In this document: piece by piece, positions 8,356-16,794 of the stretch | Numbering within the stretch: position 1 is the first letter of the stretch | How the letters are laid out: every line of letters begins with the position of its first letter | Virus record (IMG/VR): IMGVR_UViG_3300027746_000091 | Coordinates: 1 to 24,457 of that record | Direction: 5' to 3' (one strand) | Length of the DNA: 24,457 nucleotides | Source of the DNA: a virus | Taxonomy: Duplodnaviria > Caudoviricetes | Made by a program: the position numbers and the translations under genes | Notes under the pieces: model-generated | The model's input: the letters and a program-made list of their open reading frames with translations, nothing else | What the model was told of the DNA's origin: nothing | The model's database searches: none

Positions 8356-10254
8356 TCACCAGTTCGTTAGAAATGATGGCTGCGCCGGTGTGGCCCTGGC
8401 CTGGCGTTGGGGGGTCGCGGCTGGCTTGGCGAGCTGCGCCTCCAGCTGATCCCACATCGTGGCCCGGTTGTAGCGGCGGGCCACCAGCTGCAGGGCGGCA
8501 TAGGCCATCCGGGTGCAGTCGCCGGCTTCGTCGCGGGAGCCAGCAGGTAGCACCCAGCTGTAGGTGGTTTGGCCTTTGTCGCGCTTTGGCATTCGCTTCC
8601 AGGGGAACAGCTCAGCCAGGAATTGATCGGTTGAGCCTTGGCCGAAGTGCAGGTAACCGGGGCCAGGTTGCTCATTGCGCAGGCGGCCCTGGAGGTGGTT
8701 CACGCTGGCGTCGTAGCCGACGTTGAACAGCAGCACGCCGCGCTTGGTGATGCCCTGGTTTTTCCTGTTTACATCCACCGGCACGCCCCGGCCGATCAGC
8801 GGTTTGCCTTTTTGGTGTGCGCCCTTCATCGGCACCCAGCTCGATGTACGGCTGCGGCACCAGTCGCGCACCTCATGGGTGGCATAGCCGCCGTCGTCGA
8901 TGCCGCCCATGGTGAGCCTAAGTTCGGTGCCATCGGCCTTGCGCCATTTGGTCTTGGTGATCTGATCCAGCTGGGCCAGCGTCTCCGGCTGCTGCGGGTC
9001 GCCATCGATCTCCCAGTGGCCCAGGTGCCAGCCTTCCTCACCACGGCCCCAGCCCCAGACCGTCAACACCAGCCGCTCGCCGGTGGTGCCGCCGCCGCCC
9101 TGGACATCCACGCCAGCGGTCAGCAGCAGTACGCCATCAGGCACCGTGCCCTCGGGGTAGCCGTTGCCGGCTGCTTCGTTCTTGCGCCGCTGGGCCAGGC
9201 CGTCGCCGGTGAGCTTGCCTGATATTGAGTCTTCCCACGGCTCGCCTAGGACCGTGTTGTGAAACGTCTGCATCGCGTCGGGGTCGCCCTTGCGCATGGC
9301 ATCCAGGGCTTCGGCGTGCTCACGCACCAGTACGGACCAGTCCGCTGCCGGGCTGTAGCTGTAGGCCGCCCAGATGTGAAAGCTCACCAGGCCCGGCTGC
9401 TGGCTCACCGCCGTGGGGCGCCACTCGCCGCGCTCCACCATCCAGCGCTTCTTGCTGTGGGGGATCGGCTCGGCGCAGTTCTCGCAGGCGTAGTGACCGG
9501 CGTGCTCACCCTCGCGAATCATCTGCTCCCACCTGAGCACCTGCATGGCCTGGCAGAACGGGCACGGCACATAGAACCGCCGCTGATCGCCACGCAGGAA
9601 GGCTTCTTCCGTCTTGCCACCGGCGAAGATCGGAGTGCCGCCCTGGCCAATCTTGCGGTCCCAGTAGTAGTCCGCCCGGTTGCGGCCCAGCTTGATCGGG
9701 TCGCCCTCGTCGAGCTTGGGGTAGGCGTCAACCTCATCGAACAGCACCACCTTCCGGCTCTTGCGCCGAAAGCTCCGGCCGCTGGCTGCGTTCACGATGT
9801 CGATCAGGCCGCCGTTGGCCAGCTGCTTCAGAAGGATCGTGTTGCTGGCGGTGCCGCGGGACTTGCTCTCTGAGATCAGGCCGCGCAGCACCGGCGTGTC
9901 CTCAAACAGCGGCTTGATCTCCTCCTTCGAGTAGCCTTCCGCGTCCTCCTTGACCGGCTGCACGATCATCACCGGGCAGGGATCCTGGTGGCTGAAGAAC
10001 TGCACCACCACGCCGAGCATCTTTGTCCAGCCCACCCGGGCGCTCTTCATGATCGCCACCGTCTCCACGGCCGGATCGGTGAAGGCGTCGAGGATCTCGC
10101 GCTGGTACGGCAGGGTGTTCCACTTGCCTTTCTCGGCCGCGTTGCCGGTCATCACCGCGAACTCATCGGCGTACTCGCTCAGCCGCAGCCGCGGCGGTGG
10201 CTTGAAGCCCGCCAGGATCTGCCGGGTGAGCTCCGCAGGGTCGGCGCCGATCAT
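8356..10254 (-). CDS. terL: Terminase large subunit, GpA family
   Basis: KSARVGWT Walker A, VLFDEVD Walker B, GDQRRFYVPCPFC, AGVDVQ nuclease motif. Confidence 0.96.
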   Translation of the reverse strand: MIGADPAELTRQILAGFKPPPRLRLSEYADEFAVMTGNAAEKGKWNTLPYQREILDAFTDPAVETVAIMKSARVGWTKMLGVVVQFFSHQDPCPVMIVQPVKEDAEGYSKEEIKPLFEDTPVLRGLISESKSRGTASNTILLKQLANGGLIDIVNAASGRSFRRKSRKVVLFDEVDAYPKLDEGDPIKLGRNRADYYWDRKIGQGGTPIFAGGKTEEAFLRGDQRRFYVPCPFCQAMQVLRWEQMIREGEHAGHYACENCAEPIPHSKKRWMVERGEWRPTAVSQQPGLVSFHIWAAYSYSPAADWSVLVREHAEALDAMRKGDPDAMQTFHNTVLGEPWEDSISGKLTGDGLAQRRKNEAAGNGYPEGTVPDGVLLLTAGVDVQGGGGTTGERLVLTVWGWGRGEEGWHLGHWEIDGDPQQPETLAQLDQITKTKWRKADGTELRLTMGGIDDGGYATHEVRDWCRSRTSSWVPMKGAHQKGKPLIGRGVPVDVNRKNQGITKRGVLLFNVGYDASVNHLQGRLRNEQPGPGYLHFGQGSTDQFLAELFPWKRMPKRDKGQTTYSWVLPAGSRDEAGDCTRMAYAALQLVARRYNRATMWDQLEAQLAKPAATPQRQARATPAQPSFLTNW

Positions 10255-10793
10255 CCCTTCACCTCCCCGGCCGCCAGCTCATCGAGGGCCTCGCGGATCA
10301 GCGTGGTCAGTAGCTCCACCTCCTCGATCTCCAGGTGTGGGATGCGCTGCTTGGCGGTGCTGGGCACGCCGAGCAGGCGGGTGCGGGTGATGTTGACCGC
10401 ACCGCCCCAGGCGAGTTCCACATCCTCGCGGCGGAGCAGCAGGCCCTCCTGCGTCTTGCGTTGCAGCTCCAGCAGGTTGGCCTTTTCGTATTCGCTGCGG
10501 GCGCGGCTGTCGTTGTAGGCCGGCAGCTCCTCAGGTTCTGGCGCCCTGGGCGGTGGCGGCGGCGGCTTCGGCTGTGGCTTGGCGCGCTCGGCCGCTGGCC
10601 GCAGCGGGTTGGGTGAATCGGTGCGGGTGCGGGTGATCGCCGCCCAGCGCTGCTCCAGGTTGTCGCGCTCAATCAGCGGGTTGCCGTCAGGGCCCGGCAC
10701 CGTCTCCAGCTCGTTGCGCTGGATCTTGCGGTAGATGCTGCCCCGACTCTTGAGGCCGAGCACCTTGGCCGCTTCCCCCACGCTGATCAGCAC
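10251..10793 (-). CDS. terS: Terminase small subunit (Nu1-like)
   Basis: N-terminal winged HTH, coiled coil, RLLGVP..IREALDEL C-terminus; ATGA coupled to TerL. Confidence 0.85.
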   Translation of the reverse strand: MLISVGEAAKVLGLKSRGSIYRKIQRNELETVPGPDGNPLIERDNLEQRWAAITRTRTDSPNPLRPAAERAKPQPKPPPPPPRAPEPEELPAYNDSRARSEYEKANLLELQRKTQEGLLLRREDVELAWGGAVNITRTRLLGVPSTAKQRIPHLEIEEVELLTTLIREALDELAAGEVKG

Positions 10794-10802
10794 TTAGCCC
10801 GG

Positions 10803-10967
10803 CTTGTCGCACCTTGTCACAAGCTAGGGAAGGTGTGACAAGGTGCTGTGACAGGTCCTGGGAATCGTGTGCGCTCCTAATCCATGGGGTCGCCTTGTTG
10901 CGAGCAGTTCTCAACAGAAAATCTGGGCTGCTTGGCACCGGCACTTTTCCCCAGGGGCGAAGGACCC
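10803..10967 (-). other. Candidate cos packaging site (cosQ, cosN, cosB-like repeats)
   Basis: GGGTCCT (lambda cosQ sequence) at 10967-10961; candidate 12-mer GGTGCCAAGCAG at 10939-10928; TGTGACA repeats at 10803-10856. Confidence 0.65.
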
Positions 10968-10988
10968 TGAGACCGGGGGGTGCCCCGA

Positions 10989-11618
10989 TCACCGCCCGCC
11001 ATACCCTCTGGCGATGTCATTCAGCTTCTTCTCAAAGCCTTTGATGAACTCGTCATTGATCAGCCGCGCTGCTGTGGCCTGCAGCTCAAGGGCATAGCGG
11101 CCTTTGCCAAGGAAGATCGAACCGACCGATGGACCGTAGACCGTGCGGATGCGGCCCTGGCTGTCCTTGCGCCCGACTAGCTGGTTGCCACCCTTGCCGA
11201 TGTAGACGAAGGCGCCGGTGTAGGGCTTGCGTCCATCGGCCCTGAGCACCACGGCGGTGAGCGGCCGGCCAGGCTTGACCGGCTTGCCCCAGCCCAGGCC
11301 GCGGCCAAGGCCAGGCTGCTTGCCTCCCCTACTGCCTGGCTTCATGCCGAACTGAGTCAGGGTTGGCGATGTGCGCCCGAATCGGATCGTTGCTGAAGTT
11401 CCATCAGGCGCGATCGATGCCCTGCTGATGTCCTGCTTGATCCTTGAGGCCTTGAGGTTGTAGCGCTCACCGATGCCCTTGGCTACCTGGGTCTTGATTG
11501 CGCCTGATGCTTTGGTCAGGCCCGCCCGTTGCGCCTTGGCGAACGTCTTGGGGTCAGTGAACTCAATCAGCTTCTGCAGCTGGCTGAGCCCTTCCAGCTG
11601 GAGTGTGATCCCCGCCAT
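10989..11618 (-). CDS. Minor tail protein Z-like (tail completion)
   Basis: Basic 209-aa protein (start MAGITL); YNLKASRIK, GAF, YGPSVGSIF motifs typical of gpZ. Confidence 0.75.
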   Translation of the reverse strand: MAGITLQLEGLSQLQKLIEFTDPKTFAKAQRAGLTKASGAIKTQVAKGIGERYNLKASRIKQDISRASIAPDGTSATIRFGRTSPTLTQFGMKPGSRGGKQPGLGRGLGWGKPVKPGRPLTAVVLRADGRKPYTGAFVYIGKGGNQLVGRKDSQGRIRTVYGPSVGSIFLGKGRYALELQATAARLINDEFIKGFEKKLNDIARGYGGR

Positions 11619-11781
11619 ACCCCTTAGCCTTCCGAACCGCAATGACATCAGCGTAAGGATGTAGCTGCCGCCACAGCCACCCAGCTGACCACTGGGTTGG
11701 CGCGCTCACCAAGTGGTCACGGGTGCGGCAGGCGTCAAGGCGCACGGTGACCAAATAGCGGTGAACGATGGGGGCGGTCAT
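11563..11781 (-). CDS. Hypothetical protein (72 aa)
   Basis: ATGA coupled to the resolvase stop; MTAPIVHRYLVTVRL. Confidence 0.5.
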   Translation of the reverse strand: MTAPIVHRYLVTVRLDACRTRDHLVSAPTQWSAGWLWRQLHPYADVIAVRKAKGYGGDHTPAGRAQPAAEAD

Positions 11782-12104
11782 GGCTTGATGTACCTGGCCC
11801 ACTGCTCCAGGGTCAGCACGACCCGCCAGGTGCCGCCCCGGAAGCGCACCAGCGTGGCGGCGTGATCGGCCTGGGCATTGATGCGCTGATGCTCGGCTTC
11901 CTTCGGCTTCACCCTGGCCGCTGCGGCTGTATCGGCCCAGCTGGCCACCTGCACCACATGGCCCGGCACCCCGTCTAGGTCGCCGGTGTCGTCGGCCCTG
12001 CCAGCGCCCAGCTTGCGCCGCACTGGCACCCCCAGCAGGTCGGTGAGCAGCGCAGCCGCCTCGAGTTCGGCGCGGTCGCCTTTCTGCTTCTGGGGGTTGG
12101 TCAA
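11778..12104 (-). CDS. Holliday junction resolvase, Hjc-like PD-(D/E)xK fold
   Basis: KQKGDRAELE..L, GAG..DTGDL; TTGA-coupled start. Confidence 0.75.
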   Translation of the reverse strand: MTNPQKQKGDRAELEAAALLTDLLGVPVRRKLGAGRADDTGDLDGVPGHVVQVASWADTAAAARVKPKEAEHQRINAQADHAATLVRFRGGTWRVVLTLEQWARYIKP

Positions 12105-12445
12105 CGCTGAAACGCCCCACACCCGCGCGCGTAGTGCAGGCTCTCGGCAGCCTCAGGGATGCCGATGGAGCAGCGGCCATAAGTGCGGCTGCCGGACCCG
12201 TTATCGCTCTGCTCCCGCCCTGGCTGGTGGTGGAACAGGGAGCAGTCCTGGCAGGTCCGCACCATGGCATCTGGCTCCAGGCGTGGCAGGTGCGGCAAGA
12301 CGTTGGCGTAGCGCAGACCCAGGCGGATCTGGCGCGTCATCTCACGGGTCAGGCCCACCTGCTTAGCCAGGGTTGCGCTGGTGATCTCAACAGGTGCTGT
12401 GAGCACCGCCAAGGCGATGGCTTCTCGTTCTTCGCGGGTCTTCAC
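12101..12445 (-). CDS. HTH plus four-Cys domain protein (paralog A)
   Basis: LAKQVGLTREMTRQIRLG HTH; CQDC..C..GIPEA..ARGCGAF; GTGA coupling. Confidence 0.7.
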   Translation of the reverse strand: MKTREEREAIALAVLTAPVEITSATLAKQVGLTREMTRQIRLGLRYANVLPHLPRLEPDAMVRTCQDCSLFHHQPGREQSDNGSGSRTYGRCSIGIPEAAESLHYARGCGAFQR

Positions 12446-12663
12446 AGCTCCACCCCCGCGCAAAGGAACTCCAGCGCGTCTTGAAGCGTCAGGGGTCGTT
12501 CCGCCAGTTCTTCGATCACCACCAGCTCAGCGGCCAGGTGGATCACGATCGCCTTGGCCGTGTGGCTCATCCAGGTGGCCGAGCTATCCGCTTCCATGAT
12601 CGCTTCGGTCATGGCAGACACGGTGCGATCGATCAGCGTGTCTTGCGTGGTGGTGTCGCTCAT
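12442..12663 (-). CDS. Hypothetical protein
   Basis: 73 aa; coupled on both sides. Confidence 0.6.
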   Translation of the reverse strand: MSDTTTQDTLIDRTVSAMTEAIMEADSSATWMSHTAKAIVIHLAAELVVIEELAERPLTLQDALEFLCAGVEL

Positions 12664-13013
12664 GGCTTCGGAGCGCGAATGGTCCAGAAGGGTTCGCCGA
12701 CCTTTGAGGTGGCGCTGCCATCGGCCTCACTGGCCTTCTTGGCTGCCTTGGCCTGAGCATCCAGGCTCATGACGCCAGCGGGGTAGGTCCAGGACTTGCG
12801 GCCGGCTGACCAGGTGAAGGCGTAGTCCCGGTGGCTGAAACCGCCCTGATCCACTTCGCCGGCTTCGGCCAACACGCTGAGCCGATCAAGCAGGATTTCG
12901 TCAGCCTCCTTCAGGCGAGCCATGGCGGTGCGGACTTCAATGAGGCAGTCGAGAAGCTGATCGGCGTCCATGGAACCGAGATCAACCTTGACAGTCTGAA
13001 CAAGATCAACCAT
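12660..13013 (-). CDS. Hypothetical phage protein
   Basis: 117 aa in the coupled leftward operon. Confidence 0.65.
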   Translation of the reverse strand: MVDLVQTVKVDLGSMDADQLLDCLIEVRTAMARLKEADEILLDRLSVLAEAGEVDQGGFSHRDYAFTWSAGRKSWTYPAGVMSLDAQAKAAKKASEADGSATSKVGEPFWTIRAPKP

Positions 13014-13104
13014 GGGAGATCACCACGGCAAAGAAGGCAGTGAAGGCAAGCCAGAGCGCCATGTCGCCGATGCGCTGGCCGGTGTTGAGGCGTGGGGTTT
13101 GCAT
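13006..13104 (-). CDS. 32-aa single-pass membrane peptide
   Basis: MQTPRLNTGQRIGDMALWLAFTAFFAVVISHG after a C/A-rich leader; overlaps the next start. Confidence 0.5.
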   Translation of the reverse strand: MQTPRLNTGQRIGDMALWLAFTAFFAVVISHG

Positions 13105-13152
13105 GGGGGTGTGGGTGGTGTGGTGGGGCTCAGAACTCTGAACCTGCCGGGA

Positions 13153-13171
13153 CCTTAGCGGCTGGCTATGG
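13153..13171. promoter_or_regulatory. Putative repressor operator overlapping a leftward -10 (TAAGGT)
   Basis: CCTTAGC-GGCTG-GCTATGG, one mismatch to the palindrome at 24382. Confidence 0.6.
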
Positions 13172-13189
13172 CCATGGCGGTGCTGGGCG

Positions 13190-13870
13190 TCACGAAATGA
13201 AACCAGGCTCACAAGCCCGAGCCTTGAAGGTCGCCCAGGCACCAGCCCACGCCATTCGGCACTCCTGCAGGCTGTAGAGCGGCGAGAAGGTCGTAGAGCC
13301 AGGACGGCACCAGATGGTCTGTCCCGCGTCGTACAGGTTCCCCCAGGTGGCTTCCAAGGCCATGTAGCCCCCGAGCTGCGCGGCGGTGCTGTAGGTGCTG
13401 CCGTTCTCTCCCAGGCTCTTCAGGTCGGCCAGGATGCGCCGGCCGTCTTCGTCGATGTAGGCCACGTCAAAGGTGCCGGCCACCTTGCGGCGCAGGCAGC
13501 AGGTGGGGCGCTCGCTGGCGATCACCTTCAGATCGTGCCAGCGGTCGTGGGTCATCAACGGTTGAACCCAGTCGGCATAGGGGCCATCGACCAAGCTCTG
13601 GAGCTCCTGCAATCGGTCGTGCAGCTCCTTGCCGCGTTGGTAGCCGCTGGCATTTAGCGCCAGCTCCAGTGCCCTGTGGCAGCTATTTCCTCTAGGGGCC
13701 CACACCTCCCGCGTCGCCTCGATCCTGCTCATGGCGAAGTCGGACTTCAGGCAGCCGAGCACGCCGGTGACCGAGATCGGGAACTCCACCTCGCCAAGCC
13801 AATAGCGGTGCTCAGGGTCGCGCCGGTGAAGGCCGGGGATGGGTTGGAGCCAGGCGTGCGGGGTAGGCAT
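13190..13870 (-). CDS. PD-(D/E)xK exonuclease (Cas4/RecE-like phage nuclease)
   Basis: SVTGVL, RGNSCH, SE, AGTFD, DLKS, QLGGY motifs; start at MPTPHAW. Confidence 0.85.
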   Translation of the reverse strand: MPTPHAWLQPIPGLHRRDPEHRYWLGEVEFPISVTGVLGCLKSDFAMSRIEATREVWAPRGNSCHRALELALNASGYQRGKELHDRLQELQSLVDGPYADWVQPLMTHDRWHDLKVIASERPTCCLRRKVAGTFDVAYIDEDGRRILADLKSLGENGSTYSTAAQLGGYMALEATWGNLYDAGQTIWCRPGSTTFSPLYSLQECRMAWAGAWATFKARACEPGFIS

Positions 13871-13914
13871 GGGTGGTGGGGGTGGTGATGGGGGTCGCGC
13901 GCGCGTGGTGAATG

Positions 13915-14123
13915 GCTCCATGTGACTCCATTGGCTCAGACTCCAGAGCCTGACTGCTGTTTGGCCTTGTCACATGGGGATCACATGGTGATCACGCTGT
14001 GACAATTCTGAAATCGGACTAGCGGAGTCACATGATGACTGCCTGGTGATCTCCTTAAAACTCTCTCTATGACAGGGTTTTAAGTACATAGAGTCACTTG
14101 GGGATGGACGCTATTAAGGGAGA
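13915..14123. other. Candidate replication origin
   Basis: Non-coding, AT-richer stretch downstream of primase-helicase with TCACATG repeats at 13970, 13981, 14028 and inverted at 13919. Confidence 0.55.
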
Positions 14124-16343
14124 TCACGGCGGCATCGGCTTGTCGCCGTTCCGCTCGAACCATTCCCTGGCCAACGGCGTCAGCTTCCAATGGCCAGGCA
14201 TCGGACCAACCCTGGTCACCATGGGCCGCCTGCCGCCGCTGGCCCGCGTGAGGCTGTTGGCGACGCTGCCGCTGCTGTAGCCCTTGGCCTTGCCCAGCTG
14301 AGCGATGATCTCGCGCCGGTGCAGTGATGGCTTCCCGCCCTGCAACGCCTCCCAGAGCAGCTTGCCGACGCCGTGCCGCACATCGCGGATCACTTCCGTC
14401 ATGGCGGTGACGGCGAGCCGGCCGGTGTCCTCATCGATCTGGTAGTTGAACTCCCGGGCTGTGCCCTGCCGGCACTTGCGCACGGCCCAGGTGCGGCGCC
14501 AGGTGCTGATGCGCTTCTTCCCTGCCGACTTGTCCGGCGGTCCCTCAAAGCCGTCATCGTCGCCGCCCTCCATGACCGGCTGAATGCTGTGGACGATGGA
14601 CGGCACTTCCTTCCATGCCTTGGCGCCGGCCGCCTCGCCGCCGGCGGTGCCGTCGTGGTTCAGCCATAGGACGCTGCAGTGCTGGCAGATCACCTCCTTG
14701 ACGAAGGTGAGCAGCGCCGTGACCTGGCCGTTGTCGCAGTAATTGAGATCAGCCCTGGATGTGGCGGCCTTGCAGCTGTCGATGATCACCAAGGCGATCT
14801 TCTCGCTGCGCACGAAGTCGAGCAGGCCCAGGCAGCCGCGCAGCGACGCCTCCCAGCCCATCGCAGCCTGATCGGTGTCGTGGGCCCACACATGGAGCCG
14901 GAGCCCTTCGTGCGTTGGGCTGATCGCCGGATGCTCGGCCTTGCCCAGATCCTGCAGGGTGCGGATCAATGGCGCCGGGCCCGAGTCGGTGGCGATCATC
15001 AGGACGCTGCCGGCCTGCGGCCGCGCTTCCCGGTCCAGGAAGCCGGTGCCATCGATGACGGCAAACGCCATCGCCAGCGCTGCGGTGGTCTTGCCAGCAC
15101 CGGCCGGCGCATAGAGCAGCGCCTGATCGTTGGCTGGCAGAAAGCCCTCGAGCAGCCAATCCAGGCTGATCACCTTGGACAAGTCGATCGATCGGTAGGT
15201 GGGCCGCTCCTTTGGCGCGGTGCCGGCGCTGCGCTGCTCCTGCTCGGTGAGCAATCGGAACAGCGCTGCATTGATCTGGCCATCGGTGCGCCGGAACCGC
15301 GCCATGATCTCGGCCCTGGCTTCCATCTCGGTGTCGTCGTCCTGGCCGCGGATGGCCGTCAGCGTGACCGTCAGTAGCTCGCGGTAGGTGGCCGGTGGCT
15401 GCTGATCAACGTCAGCCGCCCCGGCGTCAGCGGCTGCGCCTGGGGCCTTTCCCGGCTGCTGCTCCCCCTGGGGGCGGCGGTAGCGGAACCCGCCGAGCGT
15501 GTCAGCCAAATAGTGCAGGGTGCCGATGGTGGTGCCGCTGCTCTTGAAGCTCTGCCACTTCGCTATGCATTCCTCCTCGTCGAAGTTGCTGCATCCCTTG
15601 GACCAGTCCACCCAGTCGCTCAGCAGGCCCGCCGAGACGCTGTGCAACGCCATGCCGACCCGCAACCAGCGGTCGTAGTCCTCACAGGGCGGAATGTGTT
15701 TCAGCAGCTCCTGGGCCCTGGGCACGTCGGCATCAGAAGCTGGCTGGTGTTCAGCCGCTGCCGGTTCCGTCGCGGCCTTGAGCATGGGCCACAGCAGCCA
15801 GTCCGGCGCATCGGCCACCTGCAGATCGGCAGGGGAGCGGCCATCAATCCAGCGGTAACCCTCGGTGTCAGGATGCGCCCCAGCGATCACGGACTGGTGC
15901 CCGGTGCCGCGCAGCTCCAGCACGATCCGGCCGGCATCGTTGTGCCAGACCCGCCGGCCGCGCAGATGGGGCCACAGCTCAGCCGGCACTCTGAAGGCCA
16001 TCTGGCGGCGGTTGATCACGCCGCTGCTCCAGGCCACGGTCGGCGGCAGGTCTGACCAGATCCGGCCGTAGACCGCCTTGAACATGGCGACCGCACCGGT
16101 GCCGTCAAAGTCCACGGCGATCACGCCGGACGCCTCACCAAGCACCAGGCCCACGGCCTTCACGAAGCTGGAATCGGCCAGCTCGGCGATGCCGTCGGCG
16201 TCGTAGGTGTGGTGGCTCCAGTCCATCTTCATGTCCCCGGTTGCCGGGTCCACGGGCCGCTTGAGTCCATCGCAGGGGATCAGGCGCCAGTCGCTGTCCA
16301 CCTGCTGGAGCTCCGCCAGGAGCTCAGGGGTGAGGGTCATCAC
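14124..16343 (-). CDS. Primase-polymerase / PriCT-2 / AAA helicase fusion
   Basis: VIAVDFDG and QSVIAGAHP prim-pol motifs; YDRWLRVGMALH PriCT-2; APAGAGKT Walker A; VIIDS Walker B. The start may be the ATG at 16340. Confidence 0.9.
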   Translation of the reverse strand: MMTLTPELLAELQQVDSDWRLIPCDGLKRPVDPATGDMKMDWSHHTYDADGIAELADSSFVKAVGLVLGEASGVIAVDFDGTGAVAMFKAVYGRIWSDLPPTVAWSSGVINRRQMAFRVPAELWPHLRGRRVWHNDAGRIVLELRGTGHQSVIAGAHPDTEGYRWIDGRSPADLQVADAPDWLLWPMLKAATEPAAAEHQPASDADVPRAQELLKHIPPCEDYDRWLRVGMALHSVSAGLLSDWVDWSKGCSNFDEEECIAKWQSFKSSGTTIGTLHYLADTLGGFRYRRPQGEQQPGKAPGAAADAGAADVDQQPPATYRELLTVTLTAIRGQDDDTEMEARAEIMARFRRTDGQINAALFRLLTEQEQRSAGTAPKERPTYRSIDLSKVISLDWLLEGFLPANDQALLYAPAGAGKTTAALAMAFAVIDGTGFLDREARPQAGSVLMIATDSGPAPLIRTLQDLGKAEHPAISPTHEGLRLHVWAHDTDQAAMGWEASLRGCLGLLDFVRSEKIALVIIDSCKAATSRADLNYCDNGQVTALLTFVKEVICQHCSVLWLNHDGTAGGEAAGAKAWKEVPSIVHSIQPVMEGGDDDGFEGPPDKSAGKKRISTWRRTWAVRKCRQGTAREFNYQIDEDTGRLAVTAMTEVIRDVRHGVGKLLWEALQGGKPSLHRREIIAQLGKAKGYSSGSVANSLTRASGGRRPMVTRVGPMPGHWKLTPLAREWFERNGDKPMPP

Positions 16344-16501
16344 AGGCGGGCCTGGCGATCGTTGCGGGCCTGGGCGCGTTCCTGCCGGCGCTTTTCATCG
16401 CGCAGGATCTGGCGGATCACGGTGGAGCGCGGCTCAGAGTCCCGAGCCTGATCAAGCCAGTGGATCAGGTCAGGCGGCAGCCGGACTGGGATGGGGTGCA
16501 T
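16340..16501 (-). CDS. Ribbon-helix-helix (CopG/Arc-like) regulator, 53 aa (missed by ORF track)
   Basis: MHPIPVRLPPDLIHWLDQARDSEPRSTVIRQILRDE; VRL..L..LD..RS.VIR RHH pattern; coupled to the primase gene. Confidence 0.75.
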   Translation of the reverse strand: MHPIPVRLPPDLIHWLDQARDSEPRSTVIRQILRDEKRRQERAQARNDRQARL

Positions 16502-16524
16502 GGGTGCGGGTCAAGCCAAGACAG

Positions 16525-16543
16525 CGTATCCGCGCCGGATACG
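16525..16543 (-). promoter_or_regulatory. Palindromic operator over the leftward promoter
   Basis: CGTATCCG-CGC-CGGATACG overlapping a -10-like TACGCT upstream of the RHH gene. Confidence 0.55.
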
Positions 16544-16646
16544 GGATGGCAAGGCTGAGGGGATGGACCACGAAAGCTGAGTTTATGGTGTCTGACGCCC
16601 TGAGGCGGCCGTTTACGGGTAGTTCCGGCCATTTTGGCTTTGGGTG

Positions 16647-16676
16647 TTGACAACTCGGACTCCTGAGCCCTAACTT
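16647..16676 (+). promoter_or_regulatory. Sigma70-type promoter for the rightward arm
   Basis: TTGACA-18 nt-TAACTT. Confidence 0.6.
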
Positions 16677-16685
16677 TTGGTCAAC

Positions 16686-16714
16686 GCAAAAAGCCCCCGG
16701 CGCCAACCGGGGGC
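16686..16714 (-). terminator. Intrinsic terminator-like hairpin (minus orientation)
   Basis: GCCCCCGG-6 nt-CCGGGGGC followed by TTTTT on the minus strand. Confidence 0.5.
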
Positions 16715-16794
16715 CAATGCCAGCCAATCGGCCGGGTCTGTCCTGACAGATCGATCCTACCGCTTGGCGCCTTGTCCTTCCACCTGACAACGCC

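Noticed and set aside
13190-13870. Cas4-like nuclease as evidence of CRISPR
   Set aside because: No array or other cas genes; no Fe-S cysteine pattern; an ordinary phage PD-(D/E)xK nuclease.
16465-16653. 62-aa minus-strand ORF in the control region
   Set aside because: Overlaps the better-supported RHH gene, its operator and promoters; no recognisable motif.
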